Translations under genes and position numbers: made by a program
Part shown: piece after piece, positions 1 through 10,265 of the stretch
How the letters are laid out: each line of letters begins with the position of its first letter
Position numbering within the stretch: the first letter of the stretch is position 1
Source of the DNA: an uncultured Spirochaetota bacterium
GTDB taxonomy: Bacteria; Spirochaetota; Spirochaetia; SZUA-6; Fen-1364
Direction of reading: 5' to 3'
Assembly (NCBI GenBank): GCA_963734545.1
Contig: CAVTHO010000007.1
Span: 864,001-928,000, forward strand
Length of the DNA: 64,000 nt
The notes under the pieces: generated by a model
The model's input: the letters and a program-made list of their open reading frames with translations, nothing else
Databases searched by the model: none
Told to the model about the DNA's origin: nothing

Positions 1-862
1 AGGGGGAAATTCCCAGCAGGTTCATCCCATTGTTGATCACGCCGATCAGGAGCGCTCCCACCAGGGTGCCCCACACGCTCCCCCTGCCTCCGTTGAGGCT
101 GGTGCCTCCAATGACCACGGCGGCAATGACATCCAGCTCGTACCCCTGGCCCGCCACCGGCTCGGCCGAATTGAGGCGCGAGGTCAGGATGAGCGCGCTC
201 ATGGCGGCGGTGATACCCGAGATCACGTAGACGATGGTCTTGTAGAAATCCGAGTTTATTCCGGAAAGCTTCACCGTCTCCTCGTTGCCGCCGATCGCGT
301 ACGTGTACCGGCCGAGGCGCGTCTGCGTCAGGATCAGCCAGGCCGCGACGACCGTGAGAAGGAAGACGATGATGGGAAAGGGGATCGAAAGGACATCTCC
401 CCCTCCCACGAAACGAAAGGGGCCGGTGAAGCCGCTGATGGGGTAGCCCTTTGTATAGATGAGGGTGAGGCTGCGCGCGATGCTCATCATTCCGAGTGTC
501 ACGACGAACGGCGCGATACGGCCCAGGGTGATGAGAAGCCCGTTCGCGAGCCCGCACCCGATGCCGATGACGAGTGCCAGGAGCACGACGGGCACGATCC
601 CGGAGCCCCCCTTCAGCATGCCGGCCGCAATGGCCCCTGCCACGGCGAGGATCGAGCCCACCGAAAGGTCGATGCCCCCGGTGAGGATGACGAAGGTCAT
701 GCCGATGGCCATGACCCCGAAGATGGAGGACTGGCGCACCACATTGAGGATGTTTGTCACCGTGAGAAAAACCGGTGAGAGAATGGTCATGAGGATGCAG
801 ATGATGATGAACGCGATGACGATGCCATAGGATCGCATGATGCGGCTGATGTCGAGTTTCAT
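1..862 (-). CDS. rbsC: Monosaccharide (ribose-type) ABC transporter permease, 3' end outside window
   Basis: Manual translation MKLDISRIMRSYGIVIAF...MTFVILTGGIDLSVGS (RbsC-family motif); ATGA overlap with the ATPase stop codon. Confidence 0.85.
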   Translation of the reverse strand, partial: MKLDISRIMRSYGIVIAFIIICILMTILSPVFLTVTNILNVVRQSSIFGVMAIGMTFVILTGGIDLSVGSILAVAGAIAAGMLKGGSGIVPVVLLALVIGIGCGLANGLLITLGRIAPFVVTLGMMSIARSLTLIYTKGYPISGFTGPFRFVGGGDVLSIPFPIIVFLLTVVAAWLILTQTRLGRYTYAIGGNEETVKLSGINSDFYKTIVYVISGITAAMSALILTSRLNSAEPVAGQGYELDVIAAVVIGGTSLNGGRGSVWGTLVGALLIGVINNGMNLLGISP

Positions 863-2400
863 GCGCGCGCTCCTTCCCCCCCCGGTGCCGGGGTGTCGTT
901 CGTGCCGAGCCCGAGTGCGTAACTCATCACCTGTTCCTCCGTGGCCTCGCCGCGGCTGAATTCCTTCACGATTCGCCCGCCGTAGACGACGAGCATGCGG
1001 GTGGAAACATACATTACCTCCGGCAGGTCGGAGGAGATCATGATGACGGCGGCCCCCTTCGACGCGAGGGACTGCATGAGCCGGTAGATCTCGGCCTTGG
1101 CGCCGACGTCGATGCCGCGCGTCGGCTCGTCGAAGATGTAGACCTCGCAGTTGCGGACGAACCATTTCGAGAGCACGACCTTCTGCTGGTTGCCGCCGGA
1201 GAGATTGCGCACCGTCTGCTGCAGCGAGGGGGTCTTGATCCCCAGGCTCCTCACCATTTCCATCACGCGCCCGACGATGTCCCGCCATCGGATGAAGCCC
1301 AGCGTGTGGTGGAGGTCGAAGATCGTGAGCGCGGAATTATCCATCACGGAGAGACCGAGGACGAGACCCTGCTTCTTGCGCTCTTCGGGGATAAGGGCGA
1401 TGCCGTTGCGGACCGCATCCCGCGTGGTACGGATCCGGATTTCCTTCCCCCTCATGAATATCTTTCCGGCATGCTTGCCCCGATAGCCGTAGATCAATTG
1501 CATGATCTCCGTGCGTCCCGCTCCCACGAGACCGGCAAACCCGAGGATCTCACCCTTGCGGATGCTGAAGGACACATCGGTGCAGATGCCCTTCTTGGTC
1601 AGTCCTTCGACGCGGAGAACCTCCTCGTCGGAAGGCGGGGCGGGCTGGGGAAACTGCTCGGTGAGCTTGCGCCCCACCATGTGCTTGATGATGTCGTCCA
1701 CCGTCAGGGAAGTGAGAGGCGCGGTGATGATCCGTTCCCCGTCCCTCAGGATCGTCACCCGGTCCGCGACCTCGTGCAGCTCTTCCAGCCGGTGCGATAT
1801 GTAGGCGATGGATACGCCGCCCGACTTGAGATTGCGGATGATCTCGAAGAGGCGGCCGACCTCGCTTCCTGTCAGCGGTGCGGTCGGCTCATCCATGACG
1901 AGGATGGCGGATTTCAGGGAAAGCGCCTTGGCGATCTCCACTACCTGCTGATAGGCGGGGCCGATCGAATGTATCTTGGCGCGCGGATCCAGGGCGAGGT
2001 TGAATGGCGCCAGCAGCTCCTCCACCCGACCCCACATCTTCCTCCAATCGATAAGCCCGCCGGCACGGAGAGGCTCGCGTCCAAGAAAGATGTTTTCTGC
2101 CACGGAAAGGTAGGGAACGAGTGTCAGCTCCTGGTAGATGACGCTCACGCCCGCATCGATCATTGCCTTGGGGCCGCTGGGGACGATCTTCTGATTCCGG
2201 AGCCATATCTCGCCTTCGTCGGCCCGGTACACGCCGGCGAGAATCTTCATCAGCGTGGATTTGCCGGCGCCGTTCTCCCCCACCAGAGCATGCACCTCAC
2301 CCGGCACGAGGTCATAGTCGACGCTCATGAGCGCTTTGACCCCGGGAAAGCTCTTTCTGATGGCCACCATTCTCAGCAGTGTTTCCATGCGCGCGCTCAC
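859..2400 (-). CDS. rbsA: Sugar ABC transporter ATP-binding protein (CUT2, two ABC domains)
   Basis: GENGAGKST Walker A; LSGGNQQKV; DEPTRGIDVGAK. Confidence 0.92.
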   Translation of the reverse strand: MSARMETLLRMVAIRKSFPGVKALMSVDYDLVPGEVHALVGENGAGKSTLMKILAGVYRADEGEIWLRNQKIVPSGPKAMIDAGVSVIYQELTLVPYLSVAENIFLGREPLRAGGLIDWRKMWGRVEELLAPFNLALDPRAKIHSIGPAYQQVVEIAKALSLKSAILVMDEPTAPLTGSEVGRLFEIIRNLKSGGVSIAYISHRLEELHEVADRVTILRDGERIITAPLTSLTVDDIIKHMVGRKLTEQFPQPAPPSDEEVLRVEGLTKKGICTDVSFSIRKGEILGFAGLVGAGRTEIMQLIYGYRGKHAGKIFMRGKEIRIRTTRDAVRNGIALIPEERKKQGLVLGLSVMDNSALTIFDLHHTLGFIRWRDIVGRVMEMVRSLGIKTPSLQQTVRNLSGGNQQKVVLSKWFVRNCEVYIFDEPTRGIDVGAKAEIYRLMQSLASKGAAVIMISSDLPEVMYVSTRMLVVYGGRIVKEFSRGEATEEQVMSYALGLGTNDTPAPGGEGARA

Positions 2401-2416
2401 GTTCCTTGTAACAGGA

Positions 2417-2443
2417 AGGCCGGTGCCCGTCCAGCACCGGCCT
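2417..2443 (-). terminator. Stem-loop after the substrate-binding gene (mRNA stabiliser or partial terminator)
   Basis: AGGCCGGTGC-N7-GCACCGGCCT, 10-bp stem. Confidence 0.55.
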
Positions 2444-2463
2444 GTGAATGAAGAGTGAAGTCC

Positions 2464-3381
2464 CTAGGGTGCCGACGTCACCGCTTTCGGAGCGATGTAG
2501 ACCACCGGATTCGGCGGCATCTTCTTGTTCTTGATATAGTCCACGAGGTAGCCCAGCGCCTGCCCGGCCTGCGCGCCAGGGTACTGGTCGATGGTTGCGC
2601 CCAGCTTGCCATCCTTCATGTAGGCGAACGCGTCCGGAGTGGCATCGAATCCGGCCGTCACCTTGGTCTTCGGATCGATGCCGGCGGAGGACATCGCCTC
2701 GATAGCGCCGATGATCATCTCGTCGTTCGCGCCGAATACCCCGTCGAATTTCGGATACGCCTGCATCAGGTTCTCCATGACGGAGTTGCCCTTCGCGCGG
2801 CCGAACTCGGCGGTCTGGCTGACGAGGATCTTGACGCCCGAGGTGGCGATCACTTCGTCGAAGCCTTTCTTGCGGTCGATTGCAGGGGAAGATCCGGTGG
2901 TTCCCTCGAGCTCGATGATCCCGCCTTTGCCGCCGAGCTTCTGGATCATGTACCGCGCCGCGGCCCTGCCCCCTTCGACGTTGTCCGCGCCCACGTGCAC
3001 GAGCACCTTGTCGGTGTTGGCCTTGCGGTCGACGGTGGCCACGGGGATCCCCGCTTTCACCGCTGCTTCGATTGCCGGCACGAGGGAATCCACCGTCATC
3101 GGGGAGATGAGGATGGCATTCACCTTCTGCGCGACAAACCCTTCGATGGCTGCCGCCTGCTTCGCAGAGTCGTTCTGCGCGTCGACGAACACGATTTTCG
3201 CGCCGAGTTTCGCCGCCGCCGCGTCTGCGTCATTCTTCATCGTGACGAAGAATGGAAATTGGAGACCCGGCACTGTCATGCCGATGACGATCTCACCGCC
3301 CCCTTCCTTCGCGCCCCCTGCAAACGCGGCGAAAGGAAGAATCAGAAATACAACAATACCGATGAATAACAGCTTCTTCAT
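2464..3381 (-). CDS. rbsB: Sugar ABC substrate-binding protein (RbsB-like)
   Basis: Signal peptide MKKLLFIG...AFA; motifs VGADNVEGG and ANDEM; substrate not established. Confidence 0.85.
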   Translation of the reverse strand: MKKLLFIGIVVFLILPFAAFAGGAKEGGGEIVIGMTVPGLQFPFFVTMKNDADAAAAKLGAKIVFVDAQNDSAKQAAAIEGFVAQKVNAILISPMTVDSLVPAIEAAVKAGIPVATVDRKANTDKVLVHVGADNVEGGRAAARYMIQKLGGKGGIIELEGTTGSSPAIDRKKGFDEVIATSGVKILVSQTAEFGRAKGNSVMENLMQAYPKFDGVFGANDEMIIGAIEAMSSAGIDPKTKVTAGFDATPDAFAYMKDGKLGATIDQYPGAQAGQALGYLVDYIKNKKMPPNPVVYIAPKAVTSAP

Positions 3382-3518
3382 TCGTTCATCCTCCCTCATC
3401 AACTTCTGGAAGACCGATCAAAGGCCTTCCTCGCTATCAAGACCGTCGAAATGGATCGCCAGGCGATCCCCGCGCAAGTCGTCTCCCGGACCTTCCCACC
3501 TCCTTTCAGATCCCCCGC

Positions 3519-3546
3519 TGAAACCGATTGCGCAATCGATTCCACA
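3519..3546. promoter_or_regulatory. LacI-type operator(s) upstream of the sugar ABC operon
   Basis: TGAAACCGATTGCGCAATCGATTCCACA contains the perfect palindrome CGATTGCGCAATCG; 16/17 match to the site at 4587. Confidence 0.7.
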
Positions 3547-3562
3547 ACAGGGAACAATATTC

Positions 3563-4561
3563 TCAAATCGCTGCGGTTGACTCACGGACTACTACCCCAG
3601 GATCGATCACGATCTTCCGAGCGCTCCGCCCGTCATCCTGTTTCAGGGAAAGCAGCAGCTCAACGGCCTTCTCGCATATCTCCTCGAAAGGCTGACTGAC
3701 GGTGGTCAGCGCGGGACTGATCATCCTGGCGAGCCCGATATCATCCATTCCCATCAGTGAAATGTCCCGGGGCACCGTCTTTCCCACCGTGACAATGAAC
3801 TTCAGCGCGCCGACAGCCATCAGGTCGTTCTGCGCCCAGATCGCGGTGATCTCCGGATGCTTGAGCAGAATCTGCCGCGCACCCTGGATTCCAGACTCGA
3901 ACTTGAAATCCCCTTCGAAGATGGCATCCTCCTGCAGGAGAAGGCCATGGCGATCGAGGACCTCTCTCAGGCCCGCGATGCGTTCACGGCACAAAGCGAT
4001 CTTCAAGGGCCCGGAAATACAGCCGATCCTTCTGTGCCCGAGGCCGACCAGATGCTCGCCCGCAAATTGCCCTGCTTTCCGATTGTCCAGGACGACGCTT
4101 GCGAGCTCCTCCTTCTCCGCTGCCCGGTCGATCACCACCACGGGGACCTGCGACCGGGTGATGATCTTCATCACCCGGCTCTCGTCAGAAACACGGGAGA
4201 AGATGATGCCATCGACATGACGGCGCACAAGGCTGTCGATGAAGATTTCTTCGATCTCGGGATCGTCCTTGTGGTTCCCCACGATCAACCCGTAGCCCCG
4301 GGCAAAAGTGCTTTCCTCGATGAACTGGATGAAGCTGGCGAACGTGTGGTGCACGATCTCCGGTACGACGAGACCGATGATCTGGCTGCTCTTGATCCGC
4401 AGTCCTTTCGCAAGGAGATTGGGCTTGTAGTTGAGCTTTCTGATGGCTTCCTCGACGACCCGGCGCGTGGCTTCGTCCACCGGGATGCTCTTGTTGATCA
4501 CCCGGGAGACCGTGGATTCCGAGACATCAGCCAACCTTGCAACATCTTTCATCGATGCCAT
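3563..4561 (-). CDS. LacI-family transcriptional regulator
   Basis: MASMKDVARLADVSESTVSRVIN HTH, YKPN hinge, C-terminal periplasmic-binding fold ending VRESTAAI. Confidence 0.95.
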   Translation of the reverse strand: MASMKDVARLADVSESTVSRVINKSIPVDEATRRVVEEAIRKLNYKPNLLAKGLRIKSSQIIGLVVPEIVHHTFASFIQFIEESTFARGYGLIVGNHKDDPEIEEIFIDSLVRRHVDGIIFSRVSDESRVMKIITRSQVPVVVIDRAAEKEELASVVLDNRKAGQFAGEHLVGLGHRRIGCISGPLKIALCRERIAGLREVLDRHGLLLQEDAIFEGDFKFESGIQGARQILLKHPEITAIWAQNDLMAVGALKFIVTVGKTVPRDISLMGMDDIGLARMISPALTTVSQPFEEICEKAVELLLSLKQDDGRSARKIVIDPGVVVRESTAAI

Positions 4562-4586
4562 ATACTGTAGCTGACCTTGTCCTTTA

Positions 4587-4603
4587 TGAAATCGATTGCG
4601 CAA
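4587..4603. promoter_or_regulatory. LacI-type operator between the regulator and the epimerase
   Basis: TGAAATCGATTGCGCAA, near-identical to 3519-3535. Confidence 0.7.
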
Positions 4604-4687
4604 ATATTGGCAGAGATTGGGGGCTCTGTCAACAGATTTGAGATAGAGCTTCTGATGTTGAGGGAGCTCGATATTCCAGGAGGAAAC

Positions 4688-5554
4688 ATGTCGAAGCCGA
4701 GTCGACCGGTCCTGGGCATCTACGAAAAGGCTCTTCCGGAGGGCCTGGGCTGGCCGGACCTCCTCGCGGCGGCAGGAAAGGCCGGGTACGAGTACGTCGA
4801 GATGTCCATCGACGAATCGGATGCCCGGCTGTCAAGGCTTTCCTGGAGCAGGCAGGACAAGTCGGACTTCCGCCGCGCTGTGGACGAGGCGGGGGTGCCC
4901 GTCCGTTCCATCTGCCTCTCCGGCCACCGGCGGTTCCCCTTTGGCAGCGCCGATGCGCAGGTCCGGGAGCGGGCCAGAGAGATCATGCGCGGTGCGATCG
5001 AACTCGCCGCCGATACAGGGATCCGCACCATCCAGCTTGCCGGGTACGATGTGTACTACGAACCTTCCACCACGGAGTCTCTCGCCCGTTTCCAGGAGGG
5101 TCTTGCCTGGGCAGTCGGCCTCGCCGCGGAAGCACAGGTCCTCCTCGCCATGGAGACCATGGACACCCCTCTTTTGAGCTCGATACGCAAGTGGCTTCCG
5201 TACGCGCAGGCCATTCCGAGTCCCTGGTTCCAGGTCTACCCCGACCTGGGCAACCTGTCCGCCTGGGGCGCCAACGTTCCCGAGGAGCTCGCGCTGGCCG
5301 CGGGCCGAATCGCGGCGGTGCACCTCAAGGATACGGTCGCGCCAGTCCCCGGCATCCTCGGGCGTTTCCGGGGCGTCCCTTTCGGATCAGGATGCGTCGA
5401 CTTTGTCGCGGCTTTCCGCGCGCTCGACAGGCTGGGGTACCGCGGCTGCTACCTCATCGAGATGTGGGCAGGCTCCTCGCCCGACCCCGCGGCCGATTGC
5501 GTGGCGGCCCGCAGATGGATCCTTTCGCGCATGGCGGAGGCGGGTATCGCGTGA
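4688..5554 (+). CDS. ulaE: L-ribulose-5-phosphate 3-epimerase (UlaE/SgbU family)
   Basis: LGIYEKALP, EMSIDESDARLSRL, CLSGHRRFPFGS, IQLAGYDVYYE, VHLKDT; GGAGG RBS. Confidence 0.9.
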   Translation: MSKPSRPVLGIYEKALPEGLGWPDLLAAAGKAGYEYVEMSIDESDARLSRLSWSRQDKSDFRRAVDEAGVPVRSICLSGHRRFPFGSADAQVRERAREIMRGAIELAADTGIRTIQLAGYDVYYEPSTTESLARFQEGLAWAVGLAAEAQVLLAMETMDTPLLSSIRKWLPYAQAIPSPWFQVYPDLGNLSAWGANVPEELALAAGRIAAVHLKDTVAPVPGILGRFRGVPFGSGCVDFVAAFRALDRLGYRGCYLIEMWAGSSPDPAADCVAARRWILSRMAEAGIA

Positions 5555-5580
5555 ATGGGGGCTAGGTGAAAGCCGCGGAC

Positions 5581-5775
5581 TCAGGCGTCCGGGTGCTGAT
5601 ACAGGACCTTCTTCGTCAGTATCTGCTTCAAGGCGGTAGATACGATCTTGCCCTTGTTGGCTTCCAGTTCGTCGTCACCCGCAAGATTGATTTGAATGCT
5701 GCGCTTCATTGCCGCGCAGGTCATTTCATATACATTGCCCTGGAAGCTTTCCAGGAGATCCAGAGGAAGTACCAT
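5581..5775 (-). CDS. rpoZ: RNA polymerase omega subunit (spirochaete type)
   Basis: 64 aa MVLPLDLL...GNVYEMTCAAMKRS...KIVSTALKQI; follows yicC and the kinase gene. Confidence 0.7.
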   Translation of the reverse strand: MVLPLDLLESFQGNVYEMTCAAMKRSIQINLAGDDELEANKGKIVSTALKQILTKKVLYQHPDA

Positions 5776-5809
5776 GGTGACCAGAGTGTACCTCTTTTGG
5801 CCCGGTTGA

Positions 5810-6395
5810 TCAAGGCATGCGGGACCGTGAAGCCCCTGCTCCCGGCATCTCGCCCGCATGTGCCACTATTTCCTCCGCCACCTCTTCCTGGGTCAATGAG
5901 GCGGTATCCACCACAAGGGCGGCAAAGCCGAACCGGTCTATGTCGTAGCCGTACAACCGGGAATAGCGGTCACGATCCCGCCTGTCCCGTTCGTCTGTTT
6001 CCACCAGCGTGACTGCCCGGATCCTTGGATTCGCGCTTTGCAATCCTGCCTGCCCTGACTTCCAGGGGGGCGCGCAGGTAGACGGTGAAGGCGGTGTCGC
6101 GGAGCAGCCAGATGGCCAGGCGCGAGCCCAGCACCACTCCGCCCTGTTCAGCCAGCTGGACCTGCATCCGATCGATGGTCAGGTCGTATTGAGGGTCCAC
6201 CTCCGCCCTGCGGCAGATTTCTTCGAAGCTCAATCCCTGTTCACGTGCCAGGTCCTTGAAGGTATAGTTGATGAGGCGAAGCCCGAGCCTGTCGGCAACG
6301 AGCCGGGAGACGGTGGAGTTCCCGCAGCCGCTCTTTCCCGAAATCGCGATGCGCAATCTGCCGTCCCGCGCGCCGCGTCCTGCTTCATTCGACAT
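5810..6395 (-). CDS. cmk: Cytidylate kinase-like NMP kinase (frameshift near 6010, likely a sequencing error)
   Basis: IAISGKSGCGNSTVS P-loop; LGSRLA; C-terminus DRDRYSRLYGYDID in another frame. Confidence 0.75.
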
Positions 6396-7252
6396 TGCGC
6401 AATCTGCTCCCGTATCTTCTCCAGGGAGTCCTTCACCGCGATCACCGCCTGGTCGATCTCCAGGCTGATGCTCTTGGATCCGATGGTGTTGATTTCCCTG
6501 CCCAGCTCCTGGCAGACGAAATCCAGCCGCTTTCCCTGCTGCCCGTCGCGGCCAAGGGCATCCCGCAGGCTCTCCAGGTGCGCCTTCATGCGCTGCACCT
6601 CTTCGTTGACGTCGGAACGCATGAGCTGCACGGCGGTCTCCGCGAGGATGCGGGACTCGTCCACGCCCTCTCCCAGCAGCTCCTTGAAGCGCTCCCGCAG
6701 GCCTTCTTTTATCCTTCTCTCTATCTCCGGTACCTGCGCTTCGATGCCGGCAAGGCGCACCCGGATGTCTTCGGCGCATCTGCCGATGTCCTGCTCTGTC
6801 TTGCGACCCTCCGCTGCGCGGGACTTGTCGAATTCGGCGAACACTTTTTCCAGGAGCGGCGTGAGCAGAGCCCAGAGCGCCTCGGGGTCCTTGCGGCTCA
6901 CCGTTTTCAGCACCCCCTCCAGTCCCATGAGCGCGCCGAGCCCCGGTCTTTCACGTACTCCCGCCAGCCGTCGGAGCTCCTCCAGGGCGGTCAGATAGGT
7001 GCGCACCCGGGCATGATCGACGAAAACATCGCTCTCCTCTTCCAGCTCCGTGACGGAGAGATAGAACTCTATCTTGCCTCGTTGGATGCGCGCGGAGAGG
7101 TATTCACGCACCCGCGGCTCGAGCTGCTTGATGCTGTACGGCAGATTGATGAACAGGTCGAGGTACCTGTTGTTGTACGAGCGCATCTCCAGCATCATGT
7201 GGACGCGGCTGTCGCGGTGCTCTCCGTGTCCGAAACCCGTCATGCTCTTCAT
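6385..7252 (-). CDS. yicC: YicC/YloC family endoribonuclease
   Basis: MKSMTGFG; GKRLDFVCQELGREINTIGSK; removing one base restores the end EQLRNVE*. Confidence 0.9.
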
Positions 7253-8751
7253 CGCGCTCCCCTGAACCTGGAGAGAAGCTCCCGGCCGAGCTTCCAGTTG
7301 TCCCCTGCCCCCATCGTAATAAAAAGATCGCCGGGCTTCAGCTCCGAGACGAGAAAAGGAGCTGCATCGAGGGGCTCCGGGAAGTATGTCACCCGGGGAT
7401 GGCTCCGCGACACTTCCTGGTAGAGGTCCCGGGCCGTGATCCCCCCGTCGTCCTGCTCCCGCGCGGAGGCGTAGATCCGGTGCAGGATCACGCTGTCCGC
7501 CGCATGGAAGCATTTTCCGAACTCGGGCAGAAGCGCGCGCGTGCGTGAATACGTGTGTGACATGAAGTCGACGACAAGACGCCTCTCGGGATAGAAACCG
7601 CGAACTCCGGCCAGTGTCGTTTCGATTGCCGTCGGGTGATGCGCGTAGTCGTCCATGAAAAGAACGCCTCCCGCCTCACCCACGATCTCGCTGCGTCTCC
7701 TGCTGCCGGCGAATGTTTCGATGGCGCGCGACGCGGCTGTCACATCCATGGCGAGGTCCTCGTCCCGGCGCGGTACTCCGCGCATTCTCTCGTCCCGCTC
7801 GGCTGCCCAAAGAAGGCTGCACAGCGCGAGTGCGGCAGCCGCGTTCAGCACGTTGTGCGCACCGGGGATCCTGAGCGTAAAAGTGGTCCGCCAGCCGGCA
7901 AGGGTGAAGCGGGTACGTCCCTGACCAGTCTCTTCCCGGCTGACCTTGAAGGGGCCGTCGGCGCTCCTGCCGTAGGGTATCATCACCAGGTCTTCTCTTT
8001 GCGCGCGAATGCGCGCGGCTGCCGTCCGTGCGCCGGGGTCGTCGCTGCAGTAGATCAGGGCGCCGCCGGGCGGCAGCGAAGCGCCATAGGAGGTGAAGGC
8101 GGAAAGCATGTCCTCCAGGTCGCGAAAATAGTCGAGATGGTCGGGCTCGATGCTGGTGATCACGATCCGCCGTGCGCGGAAGTTCAGGAAGTGACGACGG
8201 TACTCGCAGGTTTCGGCCACCAGAAAGCGCTCCCCCTGGACGAGCGTGGAGCGCCCGCCGAAGGACGGCACCTCCGCGCCCACGAGCACCGTGGCCGGAA
8301 AGCCCCATTCCTTCAGAATCGCGCCGCAGAGAGCGGTGGTCGTCGATTTCCCGTGCACCCCGCTGATGCCGCTCGAGTCGGAAACCTCGGAGAGCAGGCC
8401 CAGCGCTTCCGGGTAGCTGAGGGAAGGGATGCCGCGGGTCGCTGCGGCTATGAGCTCGGGGTTCTCATTCTTTTTGTACGCCGCGGAATGGACGACCAGC
8501 CGCGCGTCCTCCGGCAGGTTCTCAGCGGCAAAAGATTCGCGATAGGGAATGGAAAGGTGCTGCAGGAGGGCATCTGTATAGAACTTTTCGGCCGTGTCGG
8601 AACCGGTGATTCGGGCGCCGCGCGCGGAAAGGATCTCGGCAAGGGCAGCCATTCCCGTCCCCTTGATGCCCACAAGGTGGACCGGAAAACCGGCAAGGGA
8701 TTCAGGAAGCCGAAATGTCTCGGTCACAGGCTGTGCCGGGGCGCTCTGCAT
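7249..8751 (-). CDS. murC: UDP-N-acetylmuramate--L-alanine ligase
   Basis: HLVGIKGTGMAALA, GVHGKSTTT, DHLD, DDYAHHPT, MGAGD. Confidence 0.93.
   Translation of the reverse strand: MQSAPAQPVTETFRLPESLAGFPVHLVGIKGTGMAALAEILSARGARITGSDTAEKFYTDALLQHLSIPYRESFAAENLPEDARLVVHSAAYKKNENPELIAAATRGIPSLSYPEALGLLSEVSDSSGISGVHGKSTTTALCGAILKEWGFPATVLVGAEVPSFGGRSTLVQGERFLVAETCEYRRHFLNFRARRIVITSIEPDHLDYFRDLEDMLSAFTSYGASLPPGGALIYCSDDPGARTAAARIRAQREDLVMIPYGRSADGPFKVSREETGQGRTRFTLAGWRTTFTLRIPGAHNVLNAAAALALCSLLWAAERDERMRGVPRRDEDLAMDVTAASRAIETFAGSRRRSEIVGEAGGVLFMDDYAHHPTAIETTLAGVRGFYPERRLVVDFMSHTYSRTRALLPEFGKCFHAADSVILHRIYASAREQDDGGITARDLYQEVSRSHPRVTYFPEPLDAAPFLVSELKPGDLFITMGAGDNWKLGRELLSRFRGAR
7766..7787. repeat. 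Dispersed repeat motif A, inside murC
   Basis: CGGCGCGGTACTCCGCGCATTC; matches copies at 13383, 22891, 22918 and 44755 (reverse complement). Confidence 0.55.
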
Positions 8752-8867
8752 TGTTCGACGATCTGACACAATGTGCCACTGTATCTGGCACTTTAACACC
8801 GGGCGGGGAAGGGATCAAGAGCGCCCGTTCGGAGCGCTGGCCAGAAGTTCCGCGCTCGAAAGGTATT

Positions 8868-10263
8868 CTATTCCGCAGAGTCGGCGTCTGAACCCGGGAA
8901 CCCGTTCTCCCGCGCCGTCCTGGCGTACCATCGGCCCGAGTCCTTCAGGACACGCGTCTGCGTTTCGTAGTCGACCCAGTTCATTCCGAAACGCTTGGTG
9001 AACCCGAAACCCCATTCGAAATTGTCCATGAAGGACCAGAGGAAGTAGCCGCGGACGTCGGCCCCGTCATCGATGGCCTGCCGGACCGCGGCCGCGTGGC
9101 GCGCAATGTAGCGCACGCGCACGGGATCGTGGACGATTCCATCGGCTCCCGGCGCGTCGGGAAGAGACGTGCCGTTCTCGGTGACGTACATGAACTTCGG
9201 GCTGGTACTCGCGCTGCACGCGGAGCAGGGTCCGGTACAGGCCCTCGGGAGCAATCTCCCATTCTTCGAAATCAGCCCTCGGAACGAACGGCCAGTGCAC
9301 CTGTCGGGCGGCAAACACGGCCCTTCCCGACGTCCCCCGGCCCGCCGGATCGTGCGCAATCACCCTGCGGGTGTAGAAATTGACGCCAAGAAAATCGATG
9401 GGCGCGGCAATCGTCTCCATGTCCCCCGGGGACACGGCAGGCGCGTCGCTCCCGTACCAGGCGATCATGTCTCCCGGGTACCGGGCTCTGAATACAGGGT
9501 CCAGGAACCAGCGATTGAAAGCGCCGTCATGCCGCATGGCCGCGGCCACGTCCTCCTCCCGCGGGGAGGCAGGCTCGATCCATTCGAGGTTGTGCACGAT
9601 GCCCACGCTCGCCCCGGGCGAATTGGCACGGATCACCGGCACCGCCCGGCCGTGGGAAAGCAGGATGCCATGCGCAACGGACAGGGCGGTGCGGAGGTCC
9701 TTGAGGCCGGGTGCGTGGTCACCGAAAAGGTTCCCGACGAATGCGGCCACCCACGGCTCATTGTGCGTCATCCAGTCCTTGACCCGGTCCCCCAGCCGTC
9801 GGGTGACCGCCTCTGCGTAGCGGACAAACGCATCCACCGTGGCCCGGTCGGCCCAGCCGCCGCTCTCCTGGAGCTTCTGGGGCAGGTCCCAGTGGTACAG
9901 CGTGGCAAACGGCCGCACGCCCCGCGCAAGCAGCGCGTCCACCAGGCGCTCGTAGAAATCAAGTCCTTTCGGGTTGACCGGGCCGACTCCGTCGGGGACC
10001 ACGCGCGGCCAGGCAATGGAAAATCGATAAGCCCGAAGGCCAAGATCCTTCATCAGGTCGAGGTCCGCAAGATAGCGATGGTAATGGTCGCACGCAACGC
10101 GCGCGTCCTTGCCGTCAGCGGTCTTCCCCGGCGTGCCGGCAAATCGATCCCAGATGGACTCGCCCTTCCCGTCCTCGTCTTTCGCCCCTTCGATCTGATA
10201 AGCGGACGTTGCCGTTCCCCAGACGAAGCCGTCGGGAAATCGGAGAAAATCCCGGTTGGCCAT
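8868..10263 (-). CDS. bglA: GH1 beta-glucosidase (frameshift near 9200)
   Basis: WGTATSAYQIEG; THNEP acid/base; YVTENG nucleophile; WSFMDNFEW. Confidence 0.93.
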
Positions 10264-10265
10264 GA

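Noticed and set aside
1306-3580. Long antisense ORFs here and throughout the window
   Set aside because: Shadow ORFs expected from high GC3; no motifs or RBS, and they overlap well-supported genes
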